This document shows, piece by piece, positions 6,449 through 14,786 of a stretch of DNA of 32,000 nt (positions are counted from its first letter, which is position 1; every line of letters starts with the position of its first letter). The notes below the pieces were generated by a model. It was not told the origin of the DNA. It was given only the letters and a program-made list of their open reading frames with translations, and did no database searches. The DNA comes from Kineococcus radiotolerans SRS30216 = ATCC BAA-149 (lineage in GTDB: Bacteria; Actinomycetota; Actinomycetes; Actinomycetales; Kineococcaceae): positions 2,190,001-2,222,000 of the forward strand of contig NC_009664.2 in the NCBI RefSeq assembly GCF_000017305.1, written 5' to 3'. The position numbers were made by a program, and so were the translations under genes.

Positions 6449-8722
6449 TCAGGGGGCGGTGAGCGCCGCCGTGACCCGGTGGGTGCCGGCGGGCAGTTCC
6501 CGGTCGGCCTCACCGGGCAGGCGCAGCACCGCGGTCGTCCCCGCGGGCACCTCCACGTCGACGACCAGACCGGCCTCGCCCTGCTCCCAGCGCACGGCGA
6601 GGTTCCCGTGCGGGGTCCGCAGGGAACCGCGCGCCCAGGTGAGGCCGCCACCGGGCTGGGGGGCGACGAGCGCCCGGCGGTACCCCGGTTCCAGCGGGGA
6701 CAGCCCGGCCACGACCCGGTGCATCCAGTCCGCGACGGCCCCCAGGGCGTAGTGGTTGAAGCTCGTCATCTCCCCGGGGTTGATGGACCCGTCGGGCAGC
6801 ATGGAGTCCCACCGCTCCCAGATCGTCGTGGCGCCCATCGTCACCGGGTACAGCCACGACGGGCATTTCCGCTCGGTGAGCAGCCGGTAGGCCGCGTCGA
6901 GGTGACCGGTGCCGGACAGTGCGCCGGTCACGTACGGGGTCCCGGCGAAACCGGTGGAGACGCGGTACCCGGCCTTCTCGACGATCTCGGCCAGGCGCTG
7001 CCCGGCCCACTCCCGCTGCGCCCCGGTCAGCAGCCCGAACTCGATCGCGAGCGCGTAGACGGTGGCGCAGTCGGACAGGACGAGGCCCTGCTCGTCGACG
7101 TAGTGCTCCAGGAACGCCGTGCGGATCCGCGCGGCGGCGGCGTCGAACCGCTCGGCGTCGCCCGTGTGCCCCAGGACGCGGGCGGCGTCGGCGACGGTGC
7201 GCAGCGAGCGGAACAGGCAGGCGGTCGCGACGACGCCCTTGTCGGCCTTGGCGTCGGCGGGGCGTTCCGGCGGGGCGTCGGGGTCGAGCCAGTCGCCGAA
7301 CTGGAACACGGTGTCCCACAGCCCCTGCGGGGACAGCAGGGTCAGGACCCGCTCGACGTGGGCGGTCATCGCCGGGTAGTGCTCGGCGAGCAGGTCCCGC
7401 CGGCCGTACGCCTCCCACAGCGCCCACGGCAGCCACACCGCGACGTCGGACCAGACGGCGGTGCTGTCGGGGTCGGGGAACGCCCCGATGGGCGGGGAGT
7501 GCTTCAGCACGTCGGGGACGACGAACGCGACGAGGCCGTCGCGGGCGGCCTGCTCGGCGGCCAGGTCGCGCATCCAGTCGCGCAGGAAACCCTCCACGTC
7601 GTACAGGTACGCCGCGGTGGGGGCGAACACGGCGAGGTCGCCGGTCCAGCCGAGCCGTTCGTCGCGCTGCGGGCAGTCGGTGGGGACGTCGAGGAAGTTC
7701 CCCTTCGTCCCCCACACGACGTTGCGGTGCAGCTGGTTCAGCATCTCGTCGGAGCACTCGAACTCGCCGGTGCGTTCGAGCTCGGAGTGCACGACGACGG
7801 CTTCGAGGTCGTCGGTGCGCAGTTCCCCGGGCCACCCGTCGACCTCGGCGTAGCGGAACCCGTGGAACGTGAACGTGGGTTCGAAGACGTCGTCGCCGCC
7901 GGAGAGGGTGAACGTGTCGGTGGCCTTCGCGGTGCGCAGCGGGCGCACGCCCAGCTCGCCGTCCTCCAGCACCTCGGCGTGGCGCAGGGTGACGACCTGC
8001 CCGGCCTCGCCGCGCACGGTGAACCGCAGCCAGCCGACGAGGTTCTGCCCGAAGTCCACCAGCGTCCTGCCCGACGGGGACGTCCACACCCGCTGCGCGG
8101 GCAGGACCTCCTGGCGGCGCACCGGGGGCCCGACGTGCTCGGTGAGCAGCGCGGTGTCGAACTCCAGCGCCCGCACCCCGCCCCAGCCGTCGTCGGTGCC
8201 GGCGGTGGTGGCCCAGGCGGGGTCGAGGAGGCGGGCGTCGACGTCCTGCCCGTCGTAGAGGTCGTTCGCGGTGACCGCGGAGGCGTGCGACTCCCACGTC
8301 CCGTCGGTGACGAGGGTCTGGACGTGCCCGTCGGCGAACGTCACCTCCAGCTGCGCGAAACCCCCCAGGTCCTCGCCGTAGTACGCGCGGCCGCCGTTCC
8401 AGCCGAGCCGGCCGCGGAACCACCCGTTGCCCAGGGCCAGCCCCAGGACGTGCTCGGGTCCCGTGCTCAGCGCCGCGGTGACGTCGTGGGTGCGGTACCG
8501 CAGCCGCCACTCGAAGCTGCTCCACCCGGGGCTGAGGACGTCACCGGAGACGGCCCGCCCGTCGAGGAACGTCTCGACGACGCCCTGGGCGGTGACGTGC
8601 AGGACGGCGTCGCGGACCGCGCCGTGGCCGTCGTCGAGGGTGAACCGGCGCCGCAGCAGCGGGGCGCCGTCGCGGTCGGCGTCGCCGTCCGCGGCGATCA
8701 TCGTGGCCTGCCAGGTGGGCAT
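6449..8722 (-). CDS. Alpha-L-rhamnosidase, glycoside hydrolase family 78 (short form, 757 aa)
   Basis: FHGFRYAEVDGWPG, VPTDCPQRDERLGWTGD and MTSFNHYALGAVADWMH are GH78 hallmarks. The ATG at 8722 is preceded by GGAGGAAAC. Confidence 0.9.
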   Translation of the reverse strand: MPTWQATMIAADGDADRDGAPLLRRRFTLDDGHGAVRDAVLHVTAQGVVETFLDGRAVSGDVLSPGWSSFEWRLRYRTHDVTAALSTGPEHVLGLALGNGWFRGRLGWNGGRAYYGEDLGGFAQLEVTFADGHVQTLVTDGTWESHASAVTANDLYDGQDVDARLLDPAWATTAGTDDGWGGVRALEFDTALLTEHVGPPVRRQEVLPAQRVWTSPSGRTLVDFGQNLVGWLRFTVRGEAGQVVTLRHAEVLEDGELGVRPLRTAKATDTFTLSGGDDVFEPTFTFHGFRYAEVDGWPGELRTDDLEAVVVHSELERTGEFECSDEMLNQLHRNVVWGTKGNFLDVPTDCPQRDERLGWTGDLAVFAPTAAYLYDVEGFLRDWMRDLAAEQAARDGLVAFVVPDVLKHSPPIGAFPDPDSTAVWSDVAVWLPWALWEAYGRRDLLAEHYPAMTAHVERVLTLLSPQGLWDTVFQFGDWLDPDAPPERPADAKADKGVVATACLFRSLRTVADAARVLGHTGDAERFDAAAARIRTAFLEHYVDEQGLVLSDCATVYALAIEFGLLTGAQREWAGQRLAEIVEKAGYRVSTGFAGTPYVTGALSGTGHLDAAYRLLTERKCPSWLYPVTMGATTIWERWDSMLPDGSINPGEMTSFNHYALGAVADWMHRVVAGLSPLEPGYRRALVAPQPGGGLTWARGSLRTPHGNLAVRWEQGEAGLVVDVEVPAGTTAVLRLPGEADRELPAGTHRVTAALTAP

Positions 8723-8744
8723 GTTTCCTCCGTGCGTGGGGGTC

Positions 8745-11450
8745 TCAGGTGGGCTGCAGCGCGCTGGGGGCGCCGGGGCCGGGCAGGGCGGGGACCGCGT
8801 CGGGGACCGCGAAGCGGTGGTGCCCGGCGCCGACCTCGGTGGCGGGGCGGCCGGGCAGGTCGACCGTGGCGGTGACCCCGAGGGGGACGTCGACGTCGAC
8901 GACGAGTTCGCCGTCGCGGCGGTTCCACGCCACCGAGGCCGGCCCGTACGGGGTCTCGTGGCGGGCCGAGGCGGCGGTGAGACCCGCGCCGGGGCGGGGC
9001 CGCACCAGCAGCCGCCGGTAGCCGGGGGCGGCCGGGGCGAGCCCGGCGACGGTGCGGTGCACCCAGTCCGCGATCGACCCGAGCGCGTAGTGGTTGAAGC
9101 TCGTCATGTGCCCGGGGTTCACGGTCCCGTCGGCCAGCAGCGAGTCCCACCGCTCCCACGTCGTCGTCGCGCCCATCGACACCTGGTACAGCCAGGACGG
9201 GCAGCCCGTCTCGGTGAGCAGCGCGAACGCGGTCGCGTCGTGGCCGGTCCGGGTGAGGGCGTCGGTGACGAGGTTCACCCCGGCGAAGCCGGTGGCGACG
9301 CGGTTGCCGTCCTGCGCGACGAGCTCGGCCAGGCGCCGCCCGGCGGTCTCGCGCCGCGGCTCGTCCAGCAGGTCGAACGCGAGGGCGAGGGCGTAGGCGG
9401 TCTGCGCGTCGCTGGACAGCCGGCCGTCGGCGCGGACGTGCTCGCGGGTGAACGCCTCGCGGACCTCGGCCGCCAGCCGTGCGTAGCGGGCCGCGTCAGC
9501 CTCCTCCCCCAGCACCCCGGCGATCCGGGCCAGGGTGCGGGCCGAGTGCGCGAAGTAGGCGGTCGCCACGAGGTACTTGTCGGTGCGGGCCGCGGCCGGT
9601 TCCTCCGGCGGGGCCGCCGGGTCGAGCCAGTCGCCCAGCTGCACCCCGGTGTTCCACAACCTCGACGGCCCCGCGAGGCGCTCGACGAGGTCCACCCAGG
9701 CGCGGGCGGAGGCGTACTGGCGGCGCAGGACGCCGGTGTCGCCGAACCGCTCGTGCAGCACCGCGGGCAACAGCACCGCGACGTCACCCCACACCGCGCC
9801 CGGCTGCGGCGGGTCCCAGAACTCGGCGGGGATCATCGGCACGTACCAGGGCACGGTCCCGTCGGGCAGCTGCTCGACCGCCACGTCGGCCAGCCAGCTC
9901 GCCAGGAAACCCCCCACGTCGTAGAGGAAAGCGGCGGTGGGGCCGAACACCTGCACGTCCCCGGTCCAGCCGAGCCGCTCGTCGCGCTGGGGGCAGTCGG
10001 TGGGCACGTCGACGAAGTTCGAGCGCATCGACCACACGACGTTCTCGTGCAGCCGGTTCAGCCGCTCGTCGGAGCAGGTGAACCAGCCGGTGCGCTCCAG
10101 GTCGGAGTGCAGGACGCGCGCGACGACGTCCTCCTCGCCCAGCCGCCCGGGCCAGCCGGTGACCTCGACGTAGCGGAACCCGTGCATCGTGAACCGCGGT
10201 TCCCACTCCTCCCCGGCCGGGTCCCCGGCCAGGACGTACGTGTCGGTGGCGCGGGCCCGCTGCAACGGCCGGGTGCACAGCTCACCGTCCTGGAGGACCT
10301 CGGCGTGGCGCAGCCGGACGCGGTCCCCGGCGTTCCCGCGGACGCGGATCCGCACCCGCCCGGCGAGGTTCTGCCCGAAGTCCAGGACCGTCGCCCCCGA
10401 GGGCGTGGTGAGCACGGACACCGGCCGCAGTTCCCGGGTGCAGCGCACCGGCGGGCCCTGCGCGGCCACCAGGGTCGCCGGGTCGCGCTCGTACCCGCGC
10501 ACCCCGGCCCAGGCGGAGTCGTCGAACCCGGGGCGGGAGAACCCCGGGACCGCGAGCCGGGCGTCGAACTCCTCGCCGTCGTAGAGGCTGGCGGCGGTGA
10601 TCGGGCCGTGCGCGGCGCGCCAGGTGCCCCCGTCGGCCCCGGCGCCGGGGTGGGTGGTGACGACGACGCGGCGGCCGTCGGCCAGGTCCACCTCCAGCTG
10701 GGCGATCAGCGCGGTGCGGGTGCCGTACAGGTCGTGGTTCCCGCCGTGGGTGCCGTACCGGCCGCGGTACCAGCCGTCGGCCAGCCACGCCCCGAGGGCG
10801 TTCGCCCCTTCGCGCAGGTGCGCGGTGACGTCGTGGGTGCGGTGCCGCAGCCGGTGGTGGTAGCTCGTCCAGCCCGGCGCGAGGACCTCGTCGCCGACGC
10901 GGGTGCCGTTGACCTCGACCTCGTGGACGCCGTGCGCGGTGACGTGCAGGCGCGCGCGGGCGACGGGGCCGGGCAGGTGGAACTCCCGGCGCAGCAGGGC
11001 GGGGCGGTGGTCGGTTCCGGGTTCCTCCTCCCAGTCCGGGCCGACGGGGACGGCGGCCCAGTCGCCGGGGTGCAGCAGGCCGGTCTCGACCTCCAGCGGC
11101 GCGCTCCACGCGGTGGGGTCGGGGTGGTCCGCGCTCCAGGCGCGGACCTGCACGCGGACCCGTTCGCGCGAGGCGAGGTCGGGCGCCGGCCAGGGCACGA
11201 GGACGCTGTCGCCGGACCCGGTCCGCCCGCTGGTCCACGCGCGCGGTGCCGCGCCGGGGACGACGGGCACGGCGGTGACGCGCACCTCGTGGTCGGTCTG
11301 TCGCCACGCGGGCGGGGTCGCGCCGGTGGGGCGGGCGATCCAGGACAGGCGCGGGCGGGCGGTGCCCAGGCCGAGCGCGGGCCGGCCGTGCTCGGCGCGC
11401 AGGTCGGTGAGGGTGACGTCGGGGCGGTGGGGCACGGGGGGTCCGTTCAC
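8745..11450 (-). CDS. Alpha-L-rhamnosidase, GH78 (long form, about 901 aa, with an extra N-terminal domain)
   Basis: The same motif set is present: MHGFRYVEVTGWPG, VPTDCPQRDERLGWTGD and MTSFNHYALGSIADWVH. The N-terminus DLRAEHGRPALGLGTARPRLSW is typical of GH78 enzymes. I chose the GTG at 11450, 11 nt after the permease stop. The 1129-aa track ORF is an artefactual 5' extension through the permease gene. Confidence 0.85.
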   Translation of the reverse strand: MNGPPVPHRPDVTLTDLRAEHGRPALGLGTARPRLSWIARPTGATPPAWRQTDHEVRVTAVPVVPGAAPRAWTSGRTGSGDSVLVPWPAPDLASRERVRVQVRAWSADHPDPTAWSAPLEVETGLLHPGDWAAVPVGPDWEEEPGTDHRPALLRREFHLPGPVARARLHVTAHGVHEVEVNGTRVGDEVLAPGWTSYHHRLRHRTHDVTAHLREGANALGAWLADGWYRGRYGTHGGNHDLYGTRTALIAQLEVDLADGRRVVVTTHPGAGADGGTWRAAHGPITAASLYDGEEFDARLAVPGFSRPGFDDSAWAGVRGYERDPATLVAAQGPPVRCTRELRPVSVLTTPSGATVLDFGQNLAGRVRIRVRGNAGDRVRLRHAEVLQDGELCTRPLQRARATDTYVLAGDPAGEEWEPRFTMHGFRYVEVTGWPGRLGEEDVVARVLHSDLERTGWFTCSDERLNRLHENVVWSMRSNFVDVPTDCPQRDERLGWTGDVQVFGPTAAFLYDVGGFLASWLADVAVEQLPDGTVPWYVPMIPAEFWDPPQPGAVWGDVAVLLPAVLHERFGDTGVLRRQYASARAWVDLVERLAGPSRLWNTGVQLGDWLDPAAPPEEPAAARTDKYLVATAYFAHSARTLARIAGVLGEEADAARYARLAAEVREAFTREHVRADGRLSSDAQTAYALALAFDLLDEPRRETAGRRLAELVAQDGNRVATGFAGVNLVTDALTRTGHDATAFALLTETGCPSWLYQVSMGATTTWERWDSLLADGTVNPGHMTSFNHYALGSIADWVHRTVAGLAPAAPGYRRLLVRPRPGAGLTAASARHETPYGPASVAWNRRDGELVVDVDVPLGVTATVDLPGRPATEVGAGHHRFAVPDAVPALPGPGAPSALQPT

Positions 11451-11461
11451 GGGGTTCGGGG

Positions 11462-12379
11462 TCAGCCCTTGACGGCGCCGGAGGTCATGCCGGCGACGAT
11501 CTGGCGGTTGAAGAACAGGTACAGCACCAGCGGCGGGATCGTGATGAGCAGGATGTCCATGAACAGCAGGTTGTAGCTGGACGTGGTCTGGCTCTGGAAG
11601 TTGAACAGCGTCAGCTGGACGGTGGCCCCGGCGTCGCCGGGCAGGAAGTACAGCGGGGTCTGGAAGTCGTTGAACACCGTCACCGACTGCACCAGCACCA
11701 CCGTCACCAGCACCGGGCGCAGCAGCGGCAGGACGACGCGGAAGAACAGCCGCAGCGGCCCGGCGCCGTCCAGGACCGCGGCCTCGTCGAGTTCGCGGGG
11801 GATGGTGGAGATGAAGGCCCGGAACAGCAGGATCGTGAACGACAGGCCGAAGGCGACCTCGACGAGGATCAGCCCGGGCATGGTGCCGAACATCCCGAGG
11901 CGCTGCAGGACCCAGATGGTCGGGACCACCGCGGGCGGCATGACGAGCCCGGCCAGGACGAGGAAGTTCACCAGGGCGGTCACCCGGGACTTCCGGCGCT
12001 GGAGCACGAACGCGACCATCGCCCCCAGCACGACCATGATCGTGACGCTGGCCACGGTCAGGACGATGGAGTTGATGAACGCGATGACCAGCAGGTAGTC
12101 GCGGGTCTGGACGACCTCGACGAGGTTCTGCCACACCTGCGGTTCCCGCGGCCAGGCGAAGCGGAACTCCCCGGCCTGCCGGGCGTCCATCGCCGCGACG
12201 AGCACGATGAAGGCGAAGGGGACGACGAACACGACGAGGCTGACGGCGATCGCCAGGCCCCCGACGCCGTAGCGGTACAGGGAGGCGCGCGGGCCGCCGA
12301 CGCGGCCGCCGCCGGTCCGCACCGGGGCCGCCCCCGCGTCCGGGCGGGAGGAGACGCCGAGGTTGGTGGTGGCGCTCAC
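11462..12379 (-). CDS. Carbohydrate ABC transporter permease (CUT1, MalG-like)
   Basis: Multi-helix protein with the EAA-loop region ISTIPRELDEAAVLDGAGPLRLFFRVVLPLLRP. The GTG at 12379 overlaps the upstream stop (GTGA). Confidence 0.9.
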   Translation of the reverse strand: MSATTNLGVSSRPDAGAAPVRTGGGRVGGPRASLYRYGVGGLAIAVSLVVFVVPFAFIVLVAAMDARQAGEFRFAWPREPQVWQNLVEVVQTRDYLLVIAFINSIVLTVASVTIMVVLGAMVAFVLQRRKSRVTALVNFLVLAGLVMPPAVVPTIWVLQRLGMFGTMPGLILVEVAFGLSFTILLFRAFISTIPRELDEAAVLDGAGPLRLFFRVVLPLLRPVLVTVVLVQSVTVFNDFQTPLYFLPGDAGATVQLTLFNFQSQTTSSYNLLFMDILLITIPPLVLYLFFNRQIVAGMTSGAVKG

Positions 12380-13326
12380 AGCTCGACCTCCTTGCGGGCC
12401 AGCAGCCGGGTCAGCGGCAGGACGACGGCGATGACCGCGACGAAGAGGATGACGTTGCCGGCGGTGGACAGGCCGTAGAACCCGGCCTGGTACTGCTTGT
12501 AGATCACCGAGGCGATGACGTCGGAGGTGAACCCGGGTCCGCCCTTGGTCATGGCCCAGATCAGGTCGAAGGAGCGCAGGCCCCCGATGAGGGACAGGGT
12601 GACGACGGTGGACGTCGCCGGCCAGGACAGCGGGAACACGACGTCGCGGAACAGCGTCCAGGAGCCGGCCCCGTCGACCTTGGCCGCCTCGTAGTACTCC
12701 TTGGGGATGGAGACGATGCCGGCCATGTAGATGAGGGTCGCCAGGCCCACGCCCTTCCAGACGTCGACCATCGCGACGGAGAACAGCGCCAGGGACGGGT
12801 CGGTGAGCCAGCCGGGCCCGTCGATGCCGATGACGCCGAGGGCGGCGTTGACGGCGCCCTTGGAGGGGTTCATCAGGACCTGGAAGGTGATGCCGACCCC
12901 GACGCTGGAGACCAGGACGGGGAAGAACACGACGGCGCGCAGGAACCCGCGCCCGACGATCTGGGAGGTCAGCAGCATGCCCAGGGCCAGGCCGAGGACG
13001 ACCTTGGCCCCGGAGGTGATCGCGGCGTAGACGAAGGTGTTGACGAAGCCCTTGGTGAGGGCCGGTTCGGAGAAGAACTGGACGAAGTTGTCGAACCCGG
13101 TGAACTCGGAGGTGAAGATCGTCCACCGGGTCATGCTGAAGTACAGCGACAGCAGCGTGGGGATCAGGAACAGGAGCCCGTAGACGATCGCGGCGGGCAG
13201 GTAGAACCAGCCCGGGTAGGGGCTGCGACCGCGACGGCGGGCGGGTGGGGTCGAGGCCCGGGTGGGGGGCGCGGACGTCGTGGCGGCCACGGTGTTCACC
13301 TTCCTGACGGATCGGGCCCGGGTCAC
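12376..13326 (-). CDS. Carbohydrate ABC transporter permease (CUT1, MalF-like)
   Basis: EAA loop VSIPKEYYEAAKVDGAGSWTLFRDVVFPL plus six hydrophobic segments. The start is either GTG 13326 (GTGA overlap with the binding-protein stop) or GTG 13299. Confidence 0.85.
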   Translation of the reverse strand: MTRARSVRKVNTVAATTSAPPTRASTPPARRRGRSPYPGWFYLPAAIVYGLLFLIPTLLSLYFSMTRWTIFTSEFTGFDNFVQFFSEPALTKGFVNTFVYAAITSGAKVVLGLALGMLLTSQIVGRGFLRAVVFFPVLVSSVGVGITFQVLMNPSKGAVNAALGVIGIDGPGWLTDPSLALFSVAMVDVWKGVGLATLIYMAGIVSIPKEYYEAAKVDGAGSWTLFRDVVFPLSWPATSTVVTLSLIGGLRSFDLIWAMTKGGPGFTSDVIASVIYKQYQAGFYGLSTAGNVILFVAVIAVVLPLTRLLARKEVEL

Positions 13327-14660
13327 CAACCTTCGAGGCCGAGCTGCTGGGCCTGCTTCTGGACGTCCTGGTCGTAGAGGGCGGCGCCGTCCTGCGCGGA
13401 GCGGATGCCGGAACCGACCTCGACGAGGATCTGCTCCAGCGCCGGGCCCTTGATGGGCGAGACGTACTCCAGCGCCGGGGACTGCGCGCCGGAGTCGAAG
13501 TAGGCGCTGACGTCCTTGGTGACCTGCGGGACGTCGGCGGGCAGGTCGCAGCCGTCGACGAGGTAGGGGCCGGTGGGCACGCTCTGCTCGGACTGGATGT
13601 CGCAGGCGTCCGTGGTGGTCAGGTAGGTGAGGAACTGCTTGGCCGCGTCGAGCTTCTCGCCGGTCGTCGACTTCGGGACGTAGACCCCGCCGGGGAACCA
13701 CGCGGTGAGGCCGTTGCCGGCGGCGTCGTCGCCGGGGAGGGCGAAGAACCCGATGTCGGCGATCTTCTCGGGGGCGACGCTGAGGATGGTGGCGACGTTC
13801 GCCGACAGCAGGGGGTAGTGGGCCCCCTCTCCGGCGGCGAGGGTGCGGATGCCGTCCTCGACCTTGGCCGAGGCGAAGTCGGCGTTCACGAAACCCTTGT
13901 CGTGGATCTCCTGGGTGTGCTCGAACCCCTTGATGGCCGCCGGGTCGGTGGCGTACTTGGCTTTCCCGGCGGTGTAGTCCTCGGCGAAGGACGGGTTGGC
14001 CGTGGCGACGTTGTGGAAGTCGCCGAGGACGAGCAGCTGGGAGGTCCAGGTCTCGCCGTAGGTCTGGATGACCGGGGCGATGCCGGCGGCCTTGATCTTC
14101 TCGTTGTTGGCGGTGAACTCCGCCCACGTCTTCGGCACCTGGAGCCCGAGCTGCTGGTACACGGCGCGGTTGTAGAGGACGCCGCCGCCGAAGGCGGTGC
14201 CCAGCGGCACGCCGTACACGTCGTCGCCGACGCTGACCTGGGGGTCGAAGCTGTCGTCGACGGCGTCGAGGAAGCTCTCCCCGGTCAGCGGGGTGAGGGT
14301 CGTGGCGGGGGCGAGCTGCTGGAAGAGCGAGCCGCTGTTGTAGGCGAAGAGGTCGTCCATGCTGCCGGTCTGCAGGCGCGTCTTGACGAGGTTGTCGCCC
14401 TCGCCGCCCTGGGGACGGGTCTCCACCTCGACGCGGACCTCGGACTGGGAGCCGTTGAAGCTCTCGGCGAGCGCCTCGGCGGTGGCGACGGTCTGCGGGG
14501 CGTTGTCGACGAGGAAGGTGAGGGTGGTGGCGCCGCTGTCGCCCCCGTCGTCGGAGGACCCGAGGCTGCCGGCGCTGCAGGCGCTCAGCACGAGCGGGGT
14601 GAGGCTGAGGGCGGCCAGGACACGGAGGGTTCGGGGCGTGCGGCGGGTGCGGTGGGCCAC
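13323..14660 (-). CDS. ABC transporter extracellular sugar-binding lipoprotein (family 1 SBP)
   Basis: From GTG 14660 (GAGGAGA RBS 5 nt upstream) the N-terminus is VAHRTRRTPRTLRVLAALSLTPLVLSAC, a signal peptide with an LSAC lipobox. The remainder is SBP_bac_1-like. The track ORF start at 14759 falls inside the predicted promoter. Confidence 0.85.
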   Translation of the reverse strand: MAHRTRRTPRTLRVLAALSLTPLVLSACSAGSLGSSDDGGDSGATTLTFLVDNAPQTVATAEALAESFNGSQSEVRVEVETRPQGGEGDNLVKTRLQTGSMDDLFAYNSGSLFQQLAPATTLTPLTGESFLDAVDDSFDPQVSVGDDVYGVPLGTAFGGGVLYNRAVYQQLGLQVPKTWAEFTANNEKIKAAGIAPVIQTYGETWTSQLLVLGDFHNVATANPSFAEDYTAGKAKYATDPAAIKGFEHTQEIHDKGFVNADFASAKVEDGIRTLAAGEGAHYPLLSANVATILSVAPEKIADIGFFALPGDDAAGNGLTAWFPGGVYVPKSTTGEKLDAAKQFLTYLTTTDACDIQSEQSVPTGPYLVDGCDLPADVPQVTKDVSAYFDSGAQSPALEYVSPIKGPALEQILVEVGSGIRSAQDGAALYDQDVQKQAQQLGLEGW

Positions 14661-14735
14661 GGGGGTCTCCTCGTCGAGACGGTCACGGGTGGGGCGGTGC
14701 GATTGAGTGAGACGCTTCATTACGTTGCTGACGAG

Positions 14736-14764
14736 AAAGTACGAGCTGCCACCCGGCACGTCAA
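14736..14764 (-). promoter_or_regulatory. Sigma70-type promoter of the transporter/rhamnosidase operon
   Basis: The minus strand reads TTGACG (14764-14759), a 17-nt spacer, then TACTTT (14741-14736). It lies in the only clearly AT-richer stretch of this region, immediately after the lacI-family stop. Confidence 0.5.
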
Positions 14765-14786
14765 CCCCGGGCGGAGCCCGACGGGT

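Noticed and set aside
6074-8875. 933-aa ORF on the plus strand
   Set aside because: It is antisense to the GH78 gene, which has unmistakable family motifs. The translation is Arg/Gly/Pro/Ala-rich low-complexity sequence with no motif. This is a typical GC3-driven shadow ORF.
8427-11576. 1049-aa ORF on the plus strand
   Set aside because: Shadow ORF opposite the second GH78 gene, for the same reasons.
8745-12134. Long 5' extensions of real minus-strand genes: track ORFs 8745-12134, 11462-13126, 12376-14127, 16038-16994, 16577-18199, 17515-18687, 19323-20972 and 24751-26184
   Set aside because: The extended N-termini run through the preceding gene in another frame and are low-complexity. Family-typical N-termini begin at internal GTG codons, most of which form GTGA overlaps with the upstream stop, so I trimmed the calls.
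14720-14759. ATG 14759 or ATG 14720 as the start of the sugar-binding protein
   Set aside because: 14759 lies inside the predicted -35 hexamer, and 14720 would leave about a 9-nt leader with no RBS. GTG 14660 has a GAGGAGA RBS and yields a proper lipoprotein signal peptide.
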